64,000 nucleotides of DNA. Source: Ignavibacteria bacterium. GTDB taxonomy: Bacteria; Bacteroidota; Ignavibacteria; UBA10030. The notes below the pieces were generated by a model. That model saw only the letters and a program-made list of their open reading frames with translations, was not told the DNA's origin and searched no databases. The DNA lies in assembly GCA_016873805.1 (NCBI GenBank), contig VGVZ01000004.1, positions 66,864 to 130,863 of the forward strand, in the 5' to 3' direction. Positions 1-13,058 of the stretch are shown here, one piece after another. A program made the position numbers and the translations under genes. Numbering within the stretch: position 1 is the first letter of the stretch; each line of letters starts with the position of its first letter.

Positions 1-1203
1 ATGGTTGGCGCCGAAGTGATACGCAAGGTAGCGATAATTCGGGAGATCGCAAAGAATGAGGTCGGCCTTCTTTCCAACCTCGATGCTGCCGATTTGATCA
101 GACATCCTCACCGCCGCGGCGGCGTTGAACGTTGCGGCGGAGATCGCCTCCTCGGGGGTCATTCCCATATGCGTGCACGCGATCGTGAGCATCAGCGGCA
201 TGTCGTACGACATGCACGAACCCGGATTGAAGTCCGTCGCGATGGCTACCGCGACGCCGGAATCGATCAGCGCGCGGGCGGGCGCGTAGCCATGATTGAG
301 AAAGAACGAGACACCGGGAAGAAGAACGGCAACGGTTTCCGATGCAGCGAGATTCTTGATGCCGATGTCATCGATGTGCTCCAGATGGTCAGCCGAGACG
401 GCGTGGAGCTCGGCTGCAATCAACGATCCGCCGGATGAGGAGAGCTCGTCCGCATGCAGTTTCAATTTCAGGCCGAGACTTTTCCCCTTCAGCAGGATTC
501 TGCGCGCCTGTGCGGGGGAAAAATATCCGTTCTCACAAAATACATCGCAGAACTGTGCAAGCCCGCGTTTGGCCACATAGGGGAGCATTCGCTCGCACAC
601 GAGGTCGACATATCCATCCGGATTGTCGCGGAATTCCGGCGGCACCGCGTGGGCGCCGAGGAACGTAGAAATGATATCCATGTAGTGATCATTTGCCAGC
701 TCGGTGACTGCCTCCATCATCTTGATTTCGGAGTCGGGGTCCAATCCATATCCTGATTTGATTTCGACCGTCGTTGTGCCGTGCCGCAACATCGCGTCCA
801 GGCGGCGTGATGCCAGACGTTTCAGTTCCTTCTTCGTCGCCACTCGTGTCGCGCGAACGGTGCTCAGGATTCCACCCCCCGACTCAGCAATCTGCTGGTA
901 GCTTCTTCCTTGAGCTCTCATCGCGAACTCATCTTCCCGACTTCCCGCAAAGAGGAGATGCGTGTGGGCATCGACGAAACCGGGAAACGCAACGTACGGT
1001 GATCCATCCAGAACATCCAAATCATCCGGAACATCGTGACGGAACTCCTCATCTCTGCCCACCCATTCGATCTGACCGTTTCGAACCAGGATTGTGCCGT
1101 TCTCCACCAATCCGATCTCAGCGAGAGAGTTTTTCCGTTTGGTGGGCTTGCCGTCCGACGGGACGGTCACGATCTGTCTCAAGTTTCGGATGAGGAGATT
1201 CAT
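1..1203 (-). CDS. hutI: Imidazolonepropionase HutI, C-terminus truncated by the window edge
   Basis: My own reverse-strand translation starts at the ATG complement at 1201-1203 (MNLLIRNLRQIVT...) and carries the amidohydrolase metal-ligand motifs (…DAHTHLLFAG…, …LHADE…, …DHLEH…). It sits in a hut context with hutU nearby. The ORF is missing from the supplied track because it runs off the window at position 1. Confidence 0.75.
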   Translation of the reverse strand, partial: MNLLIRNLRQIVTVPSDGKPTKRKNSLAEIGLVENGTILVRNGQIEWVGRDEEFRHDVPDDLDVLDGSPYVAFPGFVDAHTHLLFAGSREDEFAMRAQGRSYQQIAESGGGILSTVRATRVATKKELKRLASRRLDAMLRHGTTTVEIKSGYGLDPDSEIKMMEAVTELANDHYMDIISTFLGAHAVPPEFRDNPDGYVDLVCERMLPYVAKRGLAQFCDVFCENGYFSPAQARRILLKGKSLGLKLKLHADELSSSGGSLIAAELHAVSADHLEHIDDIGIKNLAASETVAVLLPGVSFFLNHGYAPARALIDSGVAVAIATDFNPGSCMSYDMPLMLTIACTHMGMTPEEAISAATFNAAAAVRMSDQIGSIEVGKKADLILCDLPNYRYLAYHFGANH

Positions 1204-1459
1204 GTACGGTTCGCGTCGAGGTCGTGATTCGTGAGATTCACTGAGCCCGCGTCGTGTTATGAGGAGCGTGATTCGTTGTCCTGCTGCTTTTCCTCAAAGC
1301 CGATACACGTGACAACGGGCAGTTTTGGGTATTTATCGAAACGCGCGTCAGATTCAGCCAGCAGACATCGATAGAACATCGTGCCGCGGTTGGATCGCGC
1401 GCGGCGTGAGTAGCGGCATTGGCGACAGAGACCCGCTGATACATGTTCGCCCGGGTTCG

Positions 1460-4400
1460 TTATGTTGTCCCCCCTGAAAGCTCAGCGATGATCTTGCGGA
1501 TTCCATCGGACGCCTTCGCAAATTCTGCTTCCAGAAGCGGGAACGATTTCTGAAGCGGGTCCCACTCCTGCTGTGCTCCCTGGAGCTCGATGGTCTGACA
1601 GATATCCGACAGCACCTGCGCGCCGAAATTTGCCGTTGCTCCTTTGAGCGAGTGAGCCGCATTCTCCACCGCAGCATGATTCTTTTCCTTTATCGCGTTC
1701 AGCAGATCCGCACGAATCGTCTGGATGTTTTCAAGGAAATGATTTGCCAGATCCAAGACAAACTGAAGCTCGGTCTGCTCGATGAGAATCTTGACGCGCT
1801 CCACGATTGACGGATCAACATCCAGCCGACGAAGACTCTGCTCCAACGAATCTTCGCTGCCGGACGATTCCGCCGGTCTGGACCATTTGAGAATGACGTC
1901 ATGAAGATCGTCAAGTTTGAAAGGTTTTGAGAGGTAGTCATCCATGCCGGCGGCAAGACACCGTTCACGATCTCCTTCAGCGGCCGCCGCAGTCAAGGCA
2001 ATGATTTTCGGCCTTTTCCGGGCAGACTGTGTAGATACGATGCGCCGCGAAGTCTCTAATCCATCAAGCTCCGGCATGTGCACGTCCATGAAGATGATGT
2101 CGTATGATCGTTGCGACAGCGCGTCCAGGACTTCGAGACCATTCGACGCCGTAGAGGAATCGTAGCCAAGTTGTTTCAGCATTCGCTGAAGCAACTTCTG
2201 GTTGATCAGATTGTCTTCGGCAATAAGGATGTTGATGGCCAACGGTTTCCCTTTCTCTCGTTCCGGCATTTTGGGTTTGCGACTCATGCGATCGCCCGCT
2301 CCGAGAACGACGTTACAAATGACCTCAAAGAGTTGTCCGTGTTTCAGCGGCTTGGATGCGCTTGCCTGGAGGACGTCCTCGTCCCCCGGGTCGTTGAGGG
2401 AAAGCGAGCCTGCCGACGAAAGGAGAATCATCGGGAGAGACTGAGGTGTGCGCATCTTGCGAAGCTCTCGCCCGAGGTCGAGGCCATTCATCTCCGGGAT
2501 AATTCCATCGAGAATGGCGAGATCGAACGGATCTCCGTTCTTCACCCACTCGATTGCTTGTTGCGGCGACGTGGTGGTCCGGGCGATCATTCCCCAACGC
2601 TGACACTGGAATTCGAGGATCTGGAGGTTTGTTACGTTGTCGTCGACGATGAGCACACGCTTGTTGGTCAGCTCGGGGGTCTGTCCCTTGAGATAAACTC
2701 TCGGGAGAGTGTCGGTGATATCCGATGCGGATGTCGGAAGAGTGAATGAAAACGTCGAACCCTTTCCAGGCTCGCTCTCGACCCAGATTCGCCCTCCCAT
2801 TAATGCAACGAGTTTCGAACATATCGCCAATCCCAATCCCGTTCCGCCGTACTTCCGCGTCGTGGAAGAATCAACCTGCGTAAATGACTGAAAGAGTCGG
2901 TCTTGTTTGTCTTTGGGAATGCCGATTCCCGTGTCGCGAACCTCGATGTGGAGATCGATGACCTCGTTTGTATTCTTTTCGACGCGAACGGAAACCAGAA
3001 TCTCTCCACGGTCGGTGAATTTCACGGCGTTGCTGCAGAGATTCAGCAGGACCTGACGGACCCGCGTCTCATCGCCGATGATATGCGCCGTGAGCCGGGG
3101 ATCGACAGTGTAGAGGAGATCGATGTTCTTCTCGAGTGCTCGCGGAGCGAGGAGGTCAAATACATTTTCAATGGTATTCCGCAGATCGAACGGCTTCTGT
3201 TCGATGTCCACCTTTCCGGATTCGATCTTGGAGAAGTCGAGGATATCGTTGATCACGGCGAGCAATGCTTCCCCGCTGATCTGAATGGTCTGAACGAATT
3301 CCGTCTGTTCGTCGGACAGTTCGGTTTTTTGGAGCAATTCGGTCGTCCCGATCACAGCGTTCATGGGCGTTCTGATTTCGTGGCTCATTGTGGCTAGAAA
3401 GAGCGACTTGGCCTGGGTGGCGGCTTCCGCGGCTTCCTTGGCAACAATGATAGCCTCCTCGGCCTGCTTGCGCTGCGTGATATCGGAAATGAATCCCATG
3501 AACAGTCGGGGTTCGCCTCGGAGATAGCTCAAACTGACGTCGATCGGGAACTTCGTGCCGTCCCTACGGCGGCCGTAGAGATCCATTCCGGAACCCATCG
3601 GACGGAGCGTCGGTGCCTCCGAGAATCCTTTTCGTTGCCGGAGATGTTTCACGCGTTGTTCCTCCGGCACGAGAATTTCGAGCTCCCGTCCCTCCAGTTC
3701 GTTCTTTTCGTATCCGAAGATTCTCTCCGATTCCCGGTTCGTCAATGTGATTCGTCCATCCTCATCGGTGATGATGATCGCGACCGGAGCCGATTCGAAG
3801 AGCGTGCGGAACTTCTCCTCGCTTTCGCGGAGGTTCTGTTCGGCCTTCTTGTCCGCCGTAATGTCCCGATAGATGGCATAGATGCCGATGTGCTGGTCGC
3901 GCGTCGTGATCGGGGTCGCAAGGAGAGAAACATCAATCAGCGATCCGTCTTTCCGCTTTCGAACGGTTTGTGCGCGCAAGATTCGCTTGCTCTTGGTGTA
4001 GAGAGAGAACGCCTTGGCCTCCTCCTCGAACGTATCCGGAACGATAAGATCATTGACCTTGTGACCGATCAATTCGTTGCGTTGGAACTGGAACATTTCC
4101 GTAAACTGCCGGTTTGCATCGACGACCGCATCCTCGCTGTCTACGAGCAATATTCCTTCCGGAGCGTGCTCGAAGAGCTGCTGGAAATAGGCTTTCTGCA
4201 GCAGCAGCTCCTCGCGATTCTTTCGCCGTTCGGTCACATCCCGTCCGACGGCATAGATCTGTTCCCGATCCGGATAGGAGACGGCCGTCCATTCGGTCCA
4301 AAGATACGATCCGTCGGCGCATCGAAATCTCGTCTCGAACGAAATCAGCGGAACGCCGCGGACCACCTGCAGGAATCGCTGGAAGGTGCCGTCGCGATCA

Positions 4401-5089
4401 TCCGGATGAATGAGATCGAGAAACGGCGTCTCCTTCAATGCCGAGATGCTATATCCGAGGATGACCTGCCACGAATGGTTCAGCGACTTCAGTTTTCCAT
4501 CGAAGCCGGTGATGCACAGAAGATCAATCGAAAGGTTGAAGAACCGATCGCGTTCTTCTTCGGCAAGCTTTCGGAGGGTAATATCGCGGACAATCGCCTG
4601 GGACCCGAGAACCGCTCCGTTCTTCTGCATGAGGTGGACGCTCTGGCCGACCCAGAGCGAGCGCCCCGATTTCGTGACGACCTGGAATTCGCGGTAGGAA
4701 TTTGGGATACGTTCAGAGAATTGGCGGAAGTAGAACTTTCGGACAGCGTCCCGGAAATCGGGATGAACAAAGAACGTAAAATGCTTCCCGTGAATCTCCT
4801 TGAGGGAGTACTCCATCACACGAACGGCGACCGGATTCGCATAAACGAATCTTCCGCGTTCATCCGTCCGATAGATAATGTCGTTTGCCGCTTCGACGAG
4901 GTGCCTGAACTCGGCATCGGATTCGATCAAGGGGAGAGGGGAAAGACGCGATCGTTTCCCGTCTCGACGTCCCTTCTTTTCGCTCTTCTGGCGTTGGTTT
5001 TTACCGATGGGGGAGGGAGATTTCGCGGATTTAGATTTGCGCTGCTCCGGCTTCTTCTTCTTGAGAGGGTCCTTTTTGCGTCGGGTCAT
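1460..5089 (-). CDS. Hybrid sensor histidine kinase (PAS repeats, HisKA, HATPase, two receiver domains, C-terminal Hpt) with a ~55-aa lysine/arginine-rich N-terminus
   Basis: The 1209-aa ORF has an H-box ([14 protein letters not shown]), HATPase G-boxes ([16 protein letters not shown]), two receiver motifs (LIVDDN..., ILIAEDN...[14 protein letters not shown]) and an Hpt-like C-terminus ([14 protein letters not shown]). No transmembrane segment is evident. Confidence 0.85.
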   Translation of the reverse strand: MTRRKKDPLKKKKPEQRKSKSAKSPSPIGKNQRQKSEKKGRRDGKRSRLSPLPLIESDAEFRHLVEAANDIIYRTDERGRFVYANPVAVRVMEYSLKEIHGKHFTFFVHPDFRDAVRKFYFRQFSERIPNSYREFQVVTKSGRSLWVGQSVHLMQKNGAVLGSQAIVRDITLRKLAEEERDRFFNLSIDLLCITGFDGKLKSLNHSWQVILGYSISALKETPFLDLIHPDDRDGTFQRFLQVVRGVPLISFETRFRCADGSYLWTEWTAVSYPDREQIYAVGRDVTERRKNREELLLQKAYFQQLFEHAPEGILLVDSEDAVVDANRQFTEMFQFQRNELIGHKVNDLIVPDTFEEEAKAFSLYTKSKRILRAQTVRKRKDGSLIDVSLLATPITTRDQHIGIYAIYRDITADKKAEQNLRESEEKFRTLFESAPVAIIITDEDGRITLTNRESERIFGYEKNELEGRELEILVPEEQRVKHLRQRKGFSEAPTLRPMGSGMDLYGRRRDGTKFPIDVSLSYLRGEPRLFMGFISDITQRKQAEEAIIVAKEAAEAATQAKSLFLATMSHEIRTPMNAVIGTTELLQKTELSDEQTEFVQTIQISGEALLAVINDILDFSKIESGKVDIEQKPFDLRNTIENVFDLLAPRALEKNIDLLYTVDPRLTAHIIGDETRVRQVLLNLCSNAVKFTDRGEILVSVRVEKNTNEVIDLHIEVRDTGIGIPKDKQDRLFQSFTQVDSSTTRKYGGTGLGLAICSKLVALMGGRIWVESEPGKGSTFSFTLPTSASDITDTLPRVYLKGQTPELTNKRVLIVDDNVTNLQILEFQCQRWGMIARTTTSPQQAIEWVKNGDPFDLAILDGIIPEMNGLDLGRELRKMRTPQSLPMILLSSAGSLSLNDPGDEDVLQASASKPLKHGQLFEVICNVVLGAGDRMSRKPKMPEREKGKPLAINILIAEDNLINQKLLQRMLKQLGYDSSTASNGLEVLDALSQRSYDIIFMDVHMPELDGLETSRRIVSTQSARKRPKIIALTAAAAEGDRERCLAAGMDDYLSKPFKLDDLHDVILKWSRPAESSGSEDSLEQSLRRLDVDPSIVERVKILIEQTELQFVLDLANHFLENIQTIRADLLNAIKEKNHAAVENAAHSLKGATANFGAQVLSDICQTIELQGAQQEWDPLQKSFPLLEAEFAKASDGIRKIIAELSGGTT

Positions 5090-5149
5090 ATCACTCCATC
5101 ACAATCCTGATACACTGCCTATCTGATTCACAACCTTCACACGCCGAGC

Positions 5150-6832
5150 TTACTTGATCATGGGGACAGCAACACCCCATTTTTTTGCATTCTCAATGGC
5201 GCGCTCATACCCGGCATCAGCGTGCCGTACGATTCCCATGCCGGGATCATATGTGAGGACGCGCTGGAGCCGTGCCTCGGCTTCGTGGGAACCTGTGCAA
5301 ACAACCACCATCCCCGCGTGAAGAGAGAGGCCCATTCCCACGCCGCCTCCATGATGCACGCTCACCCAGCTCGCTCCTCCCACCGCGTTCAGCATCGCGT
5401 TCAAAATTGGCCAGTCGGCAATGGCGTCGCTTCCATCCTTCATTCCTTCGGTCTCCCGGTTGGGTGAGGCGACGCTGCCGCAATCGAGGTGGTCGCGCCC
5501 GATCACAATGGGAGCCTTCACCTCGCCATGAGCGACAAGCTCGTTGAAAATTCTCCCCAACTTGGCTCGTTCGCCATACCCGAGCCAACAAATTCGTGCC
5601 GGCAGTCCCTGGAAGGCCACTGATTGTTGAGCTTTCTCGATCCAGTTGCGGAGCTGGATATTCTCAGGAAATGTTTCGATGACTGCCCGATCCGTCCGGT
5701 AGATGTCTTGAGGATCGCCGGAGAGTGCAACCCACCGGAAGGGACCTTTGCCGTCGCAGAAGAGCGGACGGATATATTCGGGCACGAACCCGGGAATACT
5801 GAAGGCGTTCTTCACTCCGTTGGCGAGTGCTTCTCCGCGGATATTGTTCCCGTAGTCGAACACAACCGCGCCGCGTTTCTGCAACCGAAGGAGCCCTCGC
5901 ACGTGTTCAACGATTGACCGCTTCGCGAGCGAGACGTACTTCTTCGGATTCTTCTTGCGGAGCTCGAGTGCCTTGCGGTACTCCAAGCCGGCCGGGACGT
6001 ATCCGTGAAGCGTATCGTGTGCCGACGTTTGATCGGTGACGATGTCGGGGAGGAACGTACCGGCCGCGATCGCGGGGATGATCTCTGCCGCATTGCCGAG
6101 CAGACCGACCGAGAGCGGCTTTCGGTTATCCTTGGCCTCCCGGATCATCTCGAGCGCGTCGTCGAGGCGCTGCGTCATACGGTCGAGATATTTCGTTTCA
6201 AGCCGCCGTCGGATTCGGTTTCTATCGACCTCAACGACCAGGCATGCCGCGCCGTTCATCGTTGCCGCCAGCGGTTGTGCGCCCCCCATTCCTCCGAGTC
6301 CTGCAGTCAGAATGAATTTCCCGGCAAGCGAACCTCCGAAATGCTGCTGGGCACAAGCGCCAAAAGTCTCGTAGGTACCCTGAAGAATCCCCTGCGTCCC
6401 GATGTAGATCCAGCTTCCCGCGGTCATTTGGCCATACATCGTCAGGCCGAGAGCCTCGAGGCGCCGGAACTCGTCCCACGTGGCCCATTGCGGAACGAGC
6501 ATCGAATTGCTGATGAGAACTCTTGGAGCGTTCAGGTGGGTCTTGAACACTCCCACCGGTTTTCCCGATTGGACAAGCAGAGTCTCGTCCTCGTCGAGGC
6601 CCCGCAGCACGTCGACAATCGAATCAAAACACTTCCAGTTCCGGGCAGCCTTTCCCGTTCCTCCATACACGATCAATTCCTGAGGCCTTTCTGCGACCTC
6701 CGGATCGAGGTTGTTCATGAGCATCCGCAAGGCGGCCTCTTGAATCCAGCCCTTGCACGACATTTCCCGGCCCCGGGGGGCGCGAACAATCCGTGCAGGC
6801 GACTTACTCATCGGAGACCTCCTTATACGCAA
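5150..6832 (-). CDS. hutU: Urocanate hydratase
   Basis: The 560-aa ORF aligns by eye over its full length to urocanase (…RAPRG…[23 protein letters not shown]…[16 protein letters not shown]…). Its 5' end overlaps the next gene by 29 nt. Confidence 0.9.
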   Translation of the reverse strand: MRIRRSPMSKSPARIVRAPRGREMSCKGWIQEAALRMLMNNLDPEVAERPQELIVYGGTGKAARNWKCFDSIVDVLRGLDEDETLLVQSGKPVGVFKTHLNAPRVLISNSMLVPQWATWDEFRRLEALGLTMYGQMTAGSWIYIGTQGILQGTYETFGACAQQHFGGSLAGKFILTAGLGGMGGAQPLAATMNGAACLVVEVDRNRIRRRLETKYLDRMTQRLDDALEMIREAKDNRKPLSVGLLGNAAEIIPAIAAGTFLPDIVTDQTSAHDTLHGYVPAGLEYRKALELRKKNPKKYVSLAKRSIVEHVRGLLRLQKRGAVVFDYGNNIRGEALANGVKNAFSIPGFVPEYIRPLFCDGKGPFRWVALSGDPQDIYRTDRAVIETFPENIQLRNWIEKAQQSVAFQGLPARICWLGYGERAKLGRIFNELVAHGEVKAPIVIGRDHLDCGSVASPNRETEGMKDGSDAIADWPILNAMLNAVGGASWVSVHHGGGVGMGLSLHAGMVVVCTGSHEAEARLQRVLTYDPGMGIVRHADAGYERAIENAKKWGVAVPMIK

Positions 6833-7307
6833 TCGCGGCGATCTCGACGATGGCGTTCCGAGGGAGATTCGAAACCCCGACCGTTGTACGGGCAGGAAAT
6901 GTTCCCTCCGCGAAGTATCCGCCGTAGATCAAGTTCATCTTCTGAAAATCATTGATGTCTTTCATGAACACCGTACACTGGATCACATGACTCGAATCAC
7001 ATCCTGCCTTTGCGAGGATGTCCATGAGGTTCTTGAGGGCCTGGCGAGTCTGACTCTCGATGTCGTCACCGACCAAGCGCATCGTCTCACGATCGAGGCC
7101 GATCTGTCCGGAAACAAAGAGAAAGTTCCCGGCACGAACCGCGGGAGAGTACGGACCGATCACCTGAGCGTCGGTGATGTACGTAACTTCCGTGGCCCTG
7201 GAGAGTTCCTGCTGAACCATGATTCGGAGGTCCTCATCTGATGGTCCGCAACCCGCGTATCCCAGTGCTAGTGTGCATACGGTAGCGACAACCAGTACTC
7301 TTCGCAT
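6804..7307 (-). CDS. RidA/YjgF (Rid family) protein with a lipoprotein-type signal peptide
   Basis: It has a YjgF/chorismate-mutase-like fold signature (…[20 protein letters not shown]…[20 protein letters not shown]). The N-terminus [20 protein letters not shown] is a lipobox. The start is probably the Met at 7307, though the ORF opens at 7322. Confidence 0.7.
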   Translation of the reverse strand: MRRVLVVATVCTLALGYAGCGPSDEDLRIMVQQELSRATEVTYITDAQVIGPYSPAVRAGNFLFVSGQIGLDRETMRLVGDDIESQTRQALKNLMDILAKAGCDSSHVIQCTVFMKDINDFQKMNLIYGGYFAEGTFPARTTVGVSNLPRNAIVEIAAIAYKEVSDE

Positions 7308-7338
7308 GATGCACCTTCCCAAAGCTCGAGCGCTTTGC

Positions 7339-7821
7339 CTACAGTTTATATCCGAATGTTCTCAGAAGTTCTTTGCGCTTCTGGATATCGGCGTCTGTCT
7401 CAATCCCCCTGCTTTTCAAACCATCGATCACTCCCATAATGCCTCGTCCTTGCTCCGTCTCCATCACGATTACCTCCGTCGGATTTGCGGTCGCACAATA
7501 GATGTGGCAAACTTCCGGTACGGCTTTGATCGTGTTGAGGATATTGACCGGGAATCCATGTTCCATGAACAGGATAAAGCAGTGACCGCAGGAGAGACTG
7601 AGTGCGTTTGCTTTCGCGAGTTCGATGAGAGAAGCATCGTTGCCGACCCATCGGACAAGCGCCGGTCCCGATGATTCACAGAATCCCAATCCGAACTTCA
7701 TCGCGGGATTGGTTTGAACGATTGCCTCGTAGATATCTTCGACGGTCTTGATGAAGTGACTCTGACCGAGGATGAAGTTCGTATTCTCCGGCTTTTCGAT
7801 CCTCACAAGCTTCAATTCCAT
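7339..7821 (-). CDS. Adenosine-specific kinase family protein (PF04008-like)
   Basis: The ORF is 160 aa, and its size and sequence pattern (MELKLVRIEKPE…GQSHFIKTVEDI…) match what I recall of the PF04008 family. This is a recall-based assignment. Confidence 0.45.
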   Translation of the reverse strand: MELKLVRIEKPENTNFILGQSHFIKTVEDIYEAIVQTNPAMKFGLGFCESSGPALVRWVGNDASLIELAKANALSLSCGHCFILFMEHGFPVNILNTIKAVPEVCHIYCATANPTEVIVMETEQGRGIMGVIDGLKSRGIETDADIQKRKELLRTFGYKL

Positions 7822-7875
7822 ATATCCTCCGTGGCTGAAAGGATAATCCCCTCTGGCGGAACTGATCGCGGCGCC

Positions 7876-8367
7876 TCAGGGAGTTGCGTCAATTTCCATG
7901 AGCGACACGGGGACGATCCAACGAAGAACGCCCGCGCCTCTCTGGAGGGGCTTCTGGACCGCCAGACAGGCGAGTGATCCCTTCTTCATCTCAATGTGTG
8001 AAGTCTCGGAGCCCGTTACGAGAATCGATATCAGGCCGCTCAGATGCGGCTCGTGACCCACGATCAGAATGGCCGGATCGGATCGCGCGCTAAGCTCTGA
8101 GAACAGACTTGCAGGATCGGTGCCGGGAACGAGGGATTCAGATGTGAGAACCGAACCGGTCTGCAACGTCTTCTCGACGATGGCACCCGTCTCTTGCGCA
8201 CGGACCAAGGGGCTGGTGAGAACCGTGCTCACCGTTGTCTTTGAAGCGGCGAAGAAGCGTGCGACGCTTTCGATTTCTTTCTGCCCGCGAATGCTGAGCG
8301 GCCGTTCATGATCCGCGAGCACCGGGGCCGAATCTGCATCGCCGTGACGGAGGAGATAAAGAAGCAT
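7876..8367 (-). CDS. sixA: Phosphohistidine phosphatase SixA (histidine phosphatase superfamily)
   Basis: It has the N-terminal RHG catalytic motif (LLYLLRHGDA) and is 163 aa long, typical of SixA. A kinase with an Hpt domain lies in the same operon. Confidence 0.7.
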   Translation of the reverse strand: MLLYLLRHGDADSAPVLADHERPLSIRGQKEIESVARFFAASKTTVSTVLTSPLVRAQETGAIVEKTLQTGSVLTSESLVPGTDPASLFSELSARSDPAILIVGHEPHLSGLISILVTGSETSHIEMKKGSLACLAVQKPLQRGAGVLRWIVPVSLMEIDATP

Positions 8368-8424
8368 GGGGAGACCTCATGTAGTCAGGAGAAGCTCGCT
8401 TGACGCGAGGTGATGAGCGTTGAA

Positions 8425-9816
<1,392 letters not shown>

Positions 9817-9823
9817 TCCGCAG

Positions 9824-10927
9824 TCAACGTACAGGAAGAGCGAAATAGAACGTCGTGATTTTGCCGGGCTCTGATTCGACCCAGATTTTGCCGTTGTGCG
9901 CTTCGATAATCCGTTGGCAGATCATCAGGCCTAGTCCGGTACTGCGTTGCTCGTCCTTCTTCTCATCAACTATTCGAAACCGGTCGAAAATGCGTGGGAT
10001 CTCCTCGGGTGGAATGCCCTCCCCCGTGTTCATGACAGAAACCATGATGAAGTCCGATGGTTCCAGGCCTTCCTCCAATACCAATGCGACGGCTTGAGCT
10101 TTCAGTTCGATGGCACCCCCCTCGGGGGCATACTTGACGGCGTTACTGAGGAGGTTTTCGAGAACTTGTTCGATCTTTTCCTGATCGTATTCGATCGGGG
10201 TGATCTCCGGATCGGACTCAAAGGTTAGTGAGATCTTCTTCGATTCGATCGGAATGTGATATTCCTGAAGGATCTTGGCAATCGAATCGTTGGGATTGCT
10301 GATGCCTTTGTTCAACCGTACCCGTCCTCCCTCGAGTTTTGTCAAGTCCATCATGTCGTCGAGCAGGTGGATGACCTTGTCGATGGTCGTCGTCATATAG
10401 GTCAGGAGCTCGCGCTGATGATCTCCGACCGGGCCGGCCATCCCTTTCATCAGATAGCCGATACTCTGTTTCAGCCCGTTGATGGGATTGCGGAGGTCGT
10501 AGAGCAGGCGCGCCGTATGTTCGGCCTGAAGATTCTGGATTCGCTCTTCGGCATCTCGCTTCCGGATGATCGAGCGAATCTGCGTGCCGAGAACGTTCAT
10601 GTCCAGCGGCTTGGTGAGATAGTCGCTTGCCCCAAGCTTCATCGCCTCGACGGCCATCGAAATATCACTCATGCCCGTCATGAGAATCACCTCGGTCTCG
10701 AGGATGTTCTTCTTGATGAATCTCAGAACTTCGAGCCCATTCTGACCGGGCATCTTGATGTCGAGAAGTGCAATCTGGTAGGCGGAAGACTGAAGCTTCT
10801 GAATCGCTTCGTCGCCGTCCGCCGCATCGTCAACTTCGAATCCCTCATCCTGGAGCCAAGCGCTGATGGAGAGCCGGAGCGAGTCCTCATCATCAGCGAT
10901 CAGTACCCGTATCTTTTCGCTAGTCAT
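9824..10927 (-). CDS. Response-receiver/histidine-kinase fusion protein
   Basis: An N-terminal receiver domain (VLIADDEDS…ALLDIKMP) is followed by a HisKA-like region and an HATPase domain (NAVKYAPEGG…[26 protein letters not shown]). Confidence 0.8.
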   Translation of the reverse strand: MTSEKIRVLIADDEDSLRLSISAWLQDEGFEVDDAADGDEAIQKLQSSAYQIALLDIKMPGQNGLEVLRFIKKNILETEVILMTGMSDISMAVEAMKLGASDYLTKPLDMNVLGTQIRSIIRKRDAEERIQNLQAEHTARLLYDLRNPINGLKQSIGYLMKGMAGPVGDHQRELLTYMTTTIDKVIHLLDDMMDLTKLEGGRVRLNKGISNPNDSIAKILQEYHIPIESKKISLTFESDPEITPIEYDQEKIEQVLENLLSNAVKYAPEGGAIELKAQAVALVLEEGLEPSDFIMVSVMNTGEGIPPEEIPRIFDRFRIVDEKKDEQRSTGLGLMICQRIIEAHNGKIWVESEPGKITTFYFALPVR

Positions 10928-11217
10928 TCGGTGTCGTGCTTTCTGCGGCTATTCGGAAATGACAGTACTGCTAGACGGGACCAACGCAACATCTCACAGG
11001 ATTGGCATAGGCCGTCGGCGCAGATGCGGCGACGGGAGAAGACGGCCATCGCGTGTGAGAGTTCTTGAATCCAAAAGTATTGACTTTGCGGCGAAAAGTC
11101 AATTTGATGCAATCGTAGGATACTTGAACCATACACCTCAAATTTCTATATTGAGCAGGCTTTCAATGATCGATTCCTGCCGCACGTCGCCTGGACCAAG
11201 TTGAAAGAAGAGGTTTC

Positions 11218-11300
11218 GCGGGAGTAATTCCCCGCCATACATCGGCGGGAGTAGAATGTCAGCTTCTTCCAAAAGTCCCCACGAGTCCCGCAAAGCGGGA
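11218..11300 (+). pseudogene. Degraded tRNA-Gly-like copy (pseudo-tRNA)
   Basis: Its first 13 nt are identical to the 5' end of the downstream tRNA-Gly (gcgggagtaattc). An 18-nt GC hairpin insertion follows, then a match to tRNA positions 19-34 (gtagaatgtcagcttc), then a divergent 3' half that retains cgagtcccg. Confidence 0.35.
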
Positions 11301-11361
11301 TGAGTGGATGGAATTTTGAGAATCCCGCCGAAGGCGGGACCAGGCTGAGAGGGGTGATTTC

Positions 11362-11852
<491 letters not shown>

Positions 11853-12041
11853 AAAAAGATGACTACTCGCTGAGAGGTATCGAGCATCATTGCCGTTCGT
11901 CATTGAGCCGCTCTCAATTCGTTGTGTGAATTTGTCGAGTGGCTCTCTCTGTTTCTGCGCAAATGCAGGGGAACACCAATCGCCCGCGTTGCGTCAAAGA
12001 TCGATGTTTGATGTTGAAGAAACCGAAAAAGGAGAACCGGT

Positions 12042-13025
12042 GTGGATATCAAAGCCATCAACGAAATGATACAGAAAGAAAGCGCATTTGTCGATACGCT
12101 TACCTCTGAGGTCGGAAAGACAATCGTTGGGCAGAAGTACATGGTCGAGCGATTGTTGATCGGACTTCTCTGCAACGGCCACATCCTTCTGGAAGGAGTT
12201 CCCGGTCTTGCCAAGACGCTGACGATCCGCTCGCTGGCTGCGGCCATTGATACCAGGTTCCAGAGGATCCAGTTTACACCGGACCTTCTTCCTGCGGATC
12301 TGATCGGCACGCTGATCTACAATCAAAAAGAGGGGAAATTCGAAACACGAAAAGGTCCGATCTTCTCCAATTTCATTCTCGCCGACGAAATCAATCGTGC
12401 CCCGGCGAAAGTGCAGAGCGCCTTGCTCGAAGCGATGCAGGAACGTCAGGTGACGATCGGCGAAGAGACCTTCAAGCTCAGTGAACCGTTTGTGGTCCTC
12501 GCGACACAGAATCCCATAGAGCAGGAGGGGACGTATCCGCTGCCCGAGGCACAAGTTGACCGCTTCATGCTCAAGATCAAGATCGACTATCCCACGCGCG
12601 ATGAGGAAATCCTCATCATGCGCGAGAACCTCAACGGGATGCCGACTCCCGGCACACCGGTGATGACGCCGCAGCAAATCCTCTCGGCACGTGAGGCCGT
12701 CAAGAACGTCTATATGGATGAAAAGATCGAGAGATACATTCTTGATATTGTGTTCGCGACCCGTGAGCCATCTGCGCAAAAGCTCGACAAGCTCGCGCCG
12801 ATGATCAGCTACGGTGCATCGCCCCGCGCGTCGATCAACCTCGCCTTGGGGGCGAAGGCACACGCGTTCGTCAAACGACGCGGCTATGTCATTCCGGAGG
12901 ACGTGCGCAGTGTGGCCATGGACGTGCTACGACATCGCGTGGCGGTAACCTATGAAGCGGAGGCGGAAGAAGTAACCGCCGAGCACATTGTTCAGGAAAT
13001 TCTGAATCACGTGGAGGTACCGTAG
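12042..13025 (+). CDS. MoxR-family AAA+ ATPase
   Basis: A GTG start at 12042 follows an aaaaaggagaa RBS. It has a Walker A box (LLEGVPGLAKT) and a MoxR-type N-terminus. Confidence 0.9.
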   Translation: MDIKAINEMIQKESAFVDTLTSEVGKTIVGQKYMVERLLIGLLCNGHILLEGVPGLAKTLTIRSLAAAIDTRFQRIQFTPDLLPADLIGTLIYNQKEGKFETRKGPIFSNFILADEINRAPAKVQSALLEAMQERQVTIGEETFKLSEPFVVLATQNPIEQEGTYPLPEAQVDRFMLKIKIDYPTRDEEILIMRENLNGMPTPGTPVMTPQQILSAREAVKNVYMDEKIERYILDIVFATREPSAQKLDKLAPMISYGASPRASINLALGAKAHAFVKRRGYVIPEDVRSVAMDVLRHRVAVTYEAEAEEVTAEHIVQEILNHVEVP

Positions 13026-13058
13026 AATCGTGGACTCGTCTCGGGCAAATCCCCGCGC

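Noticed and set aside
3635-5110. A 491-aa + strand ORF, plus similar long antisense ORFs at 8410-9804, 11994-12863, 38722-39969, 44119-45729 and 48160-49266
   Set aside because: Each lies fully antisense to a well-supported gene (histidine kinase, sigma54 regulator, MoxR, Dcp, BNR paralogs). They have Arg/Gly/Asp-rich composition typical of wrong-frame ORFs in high-GC DNA.
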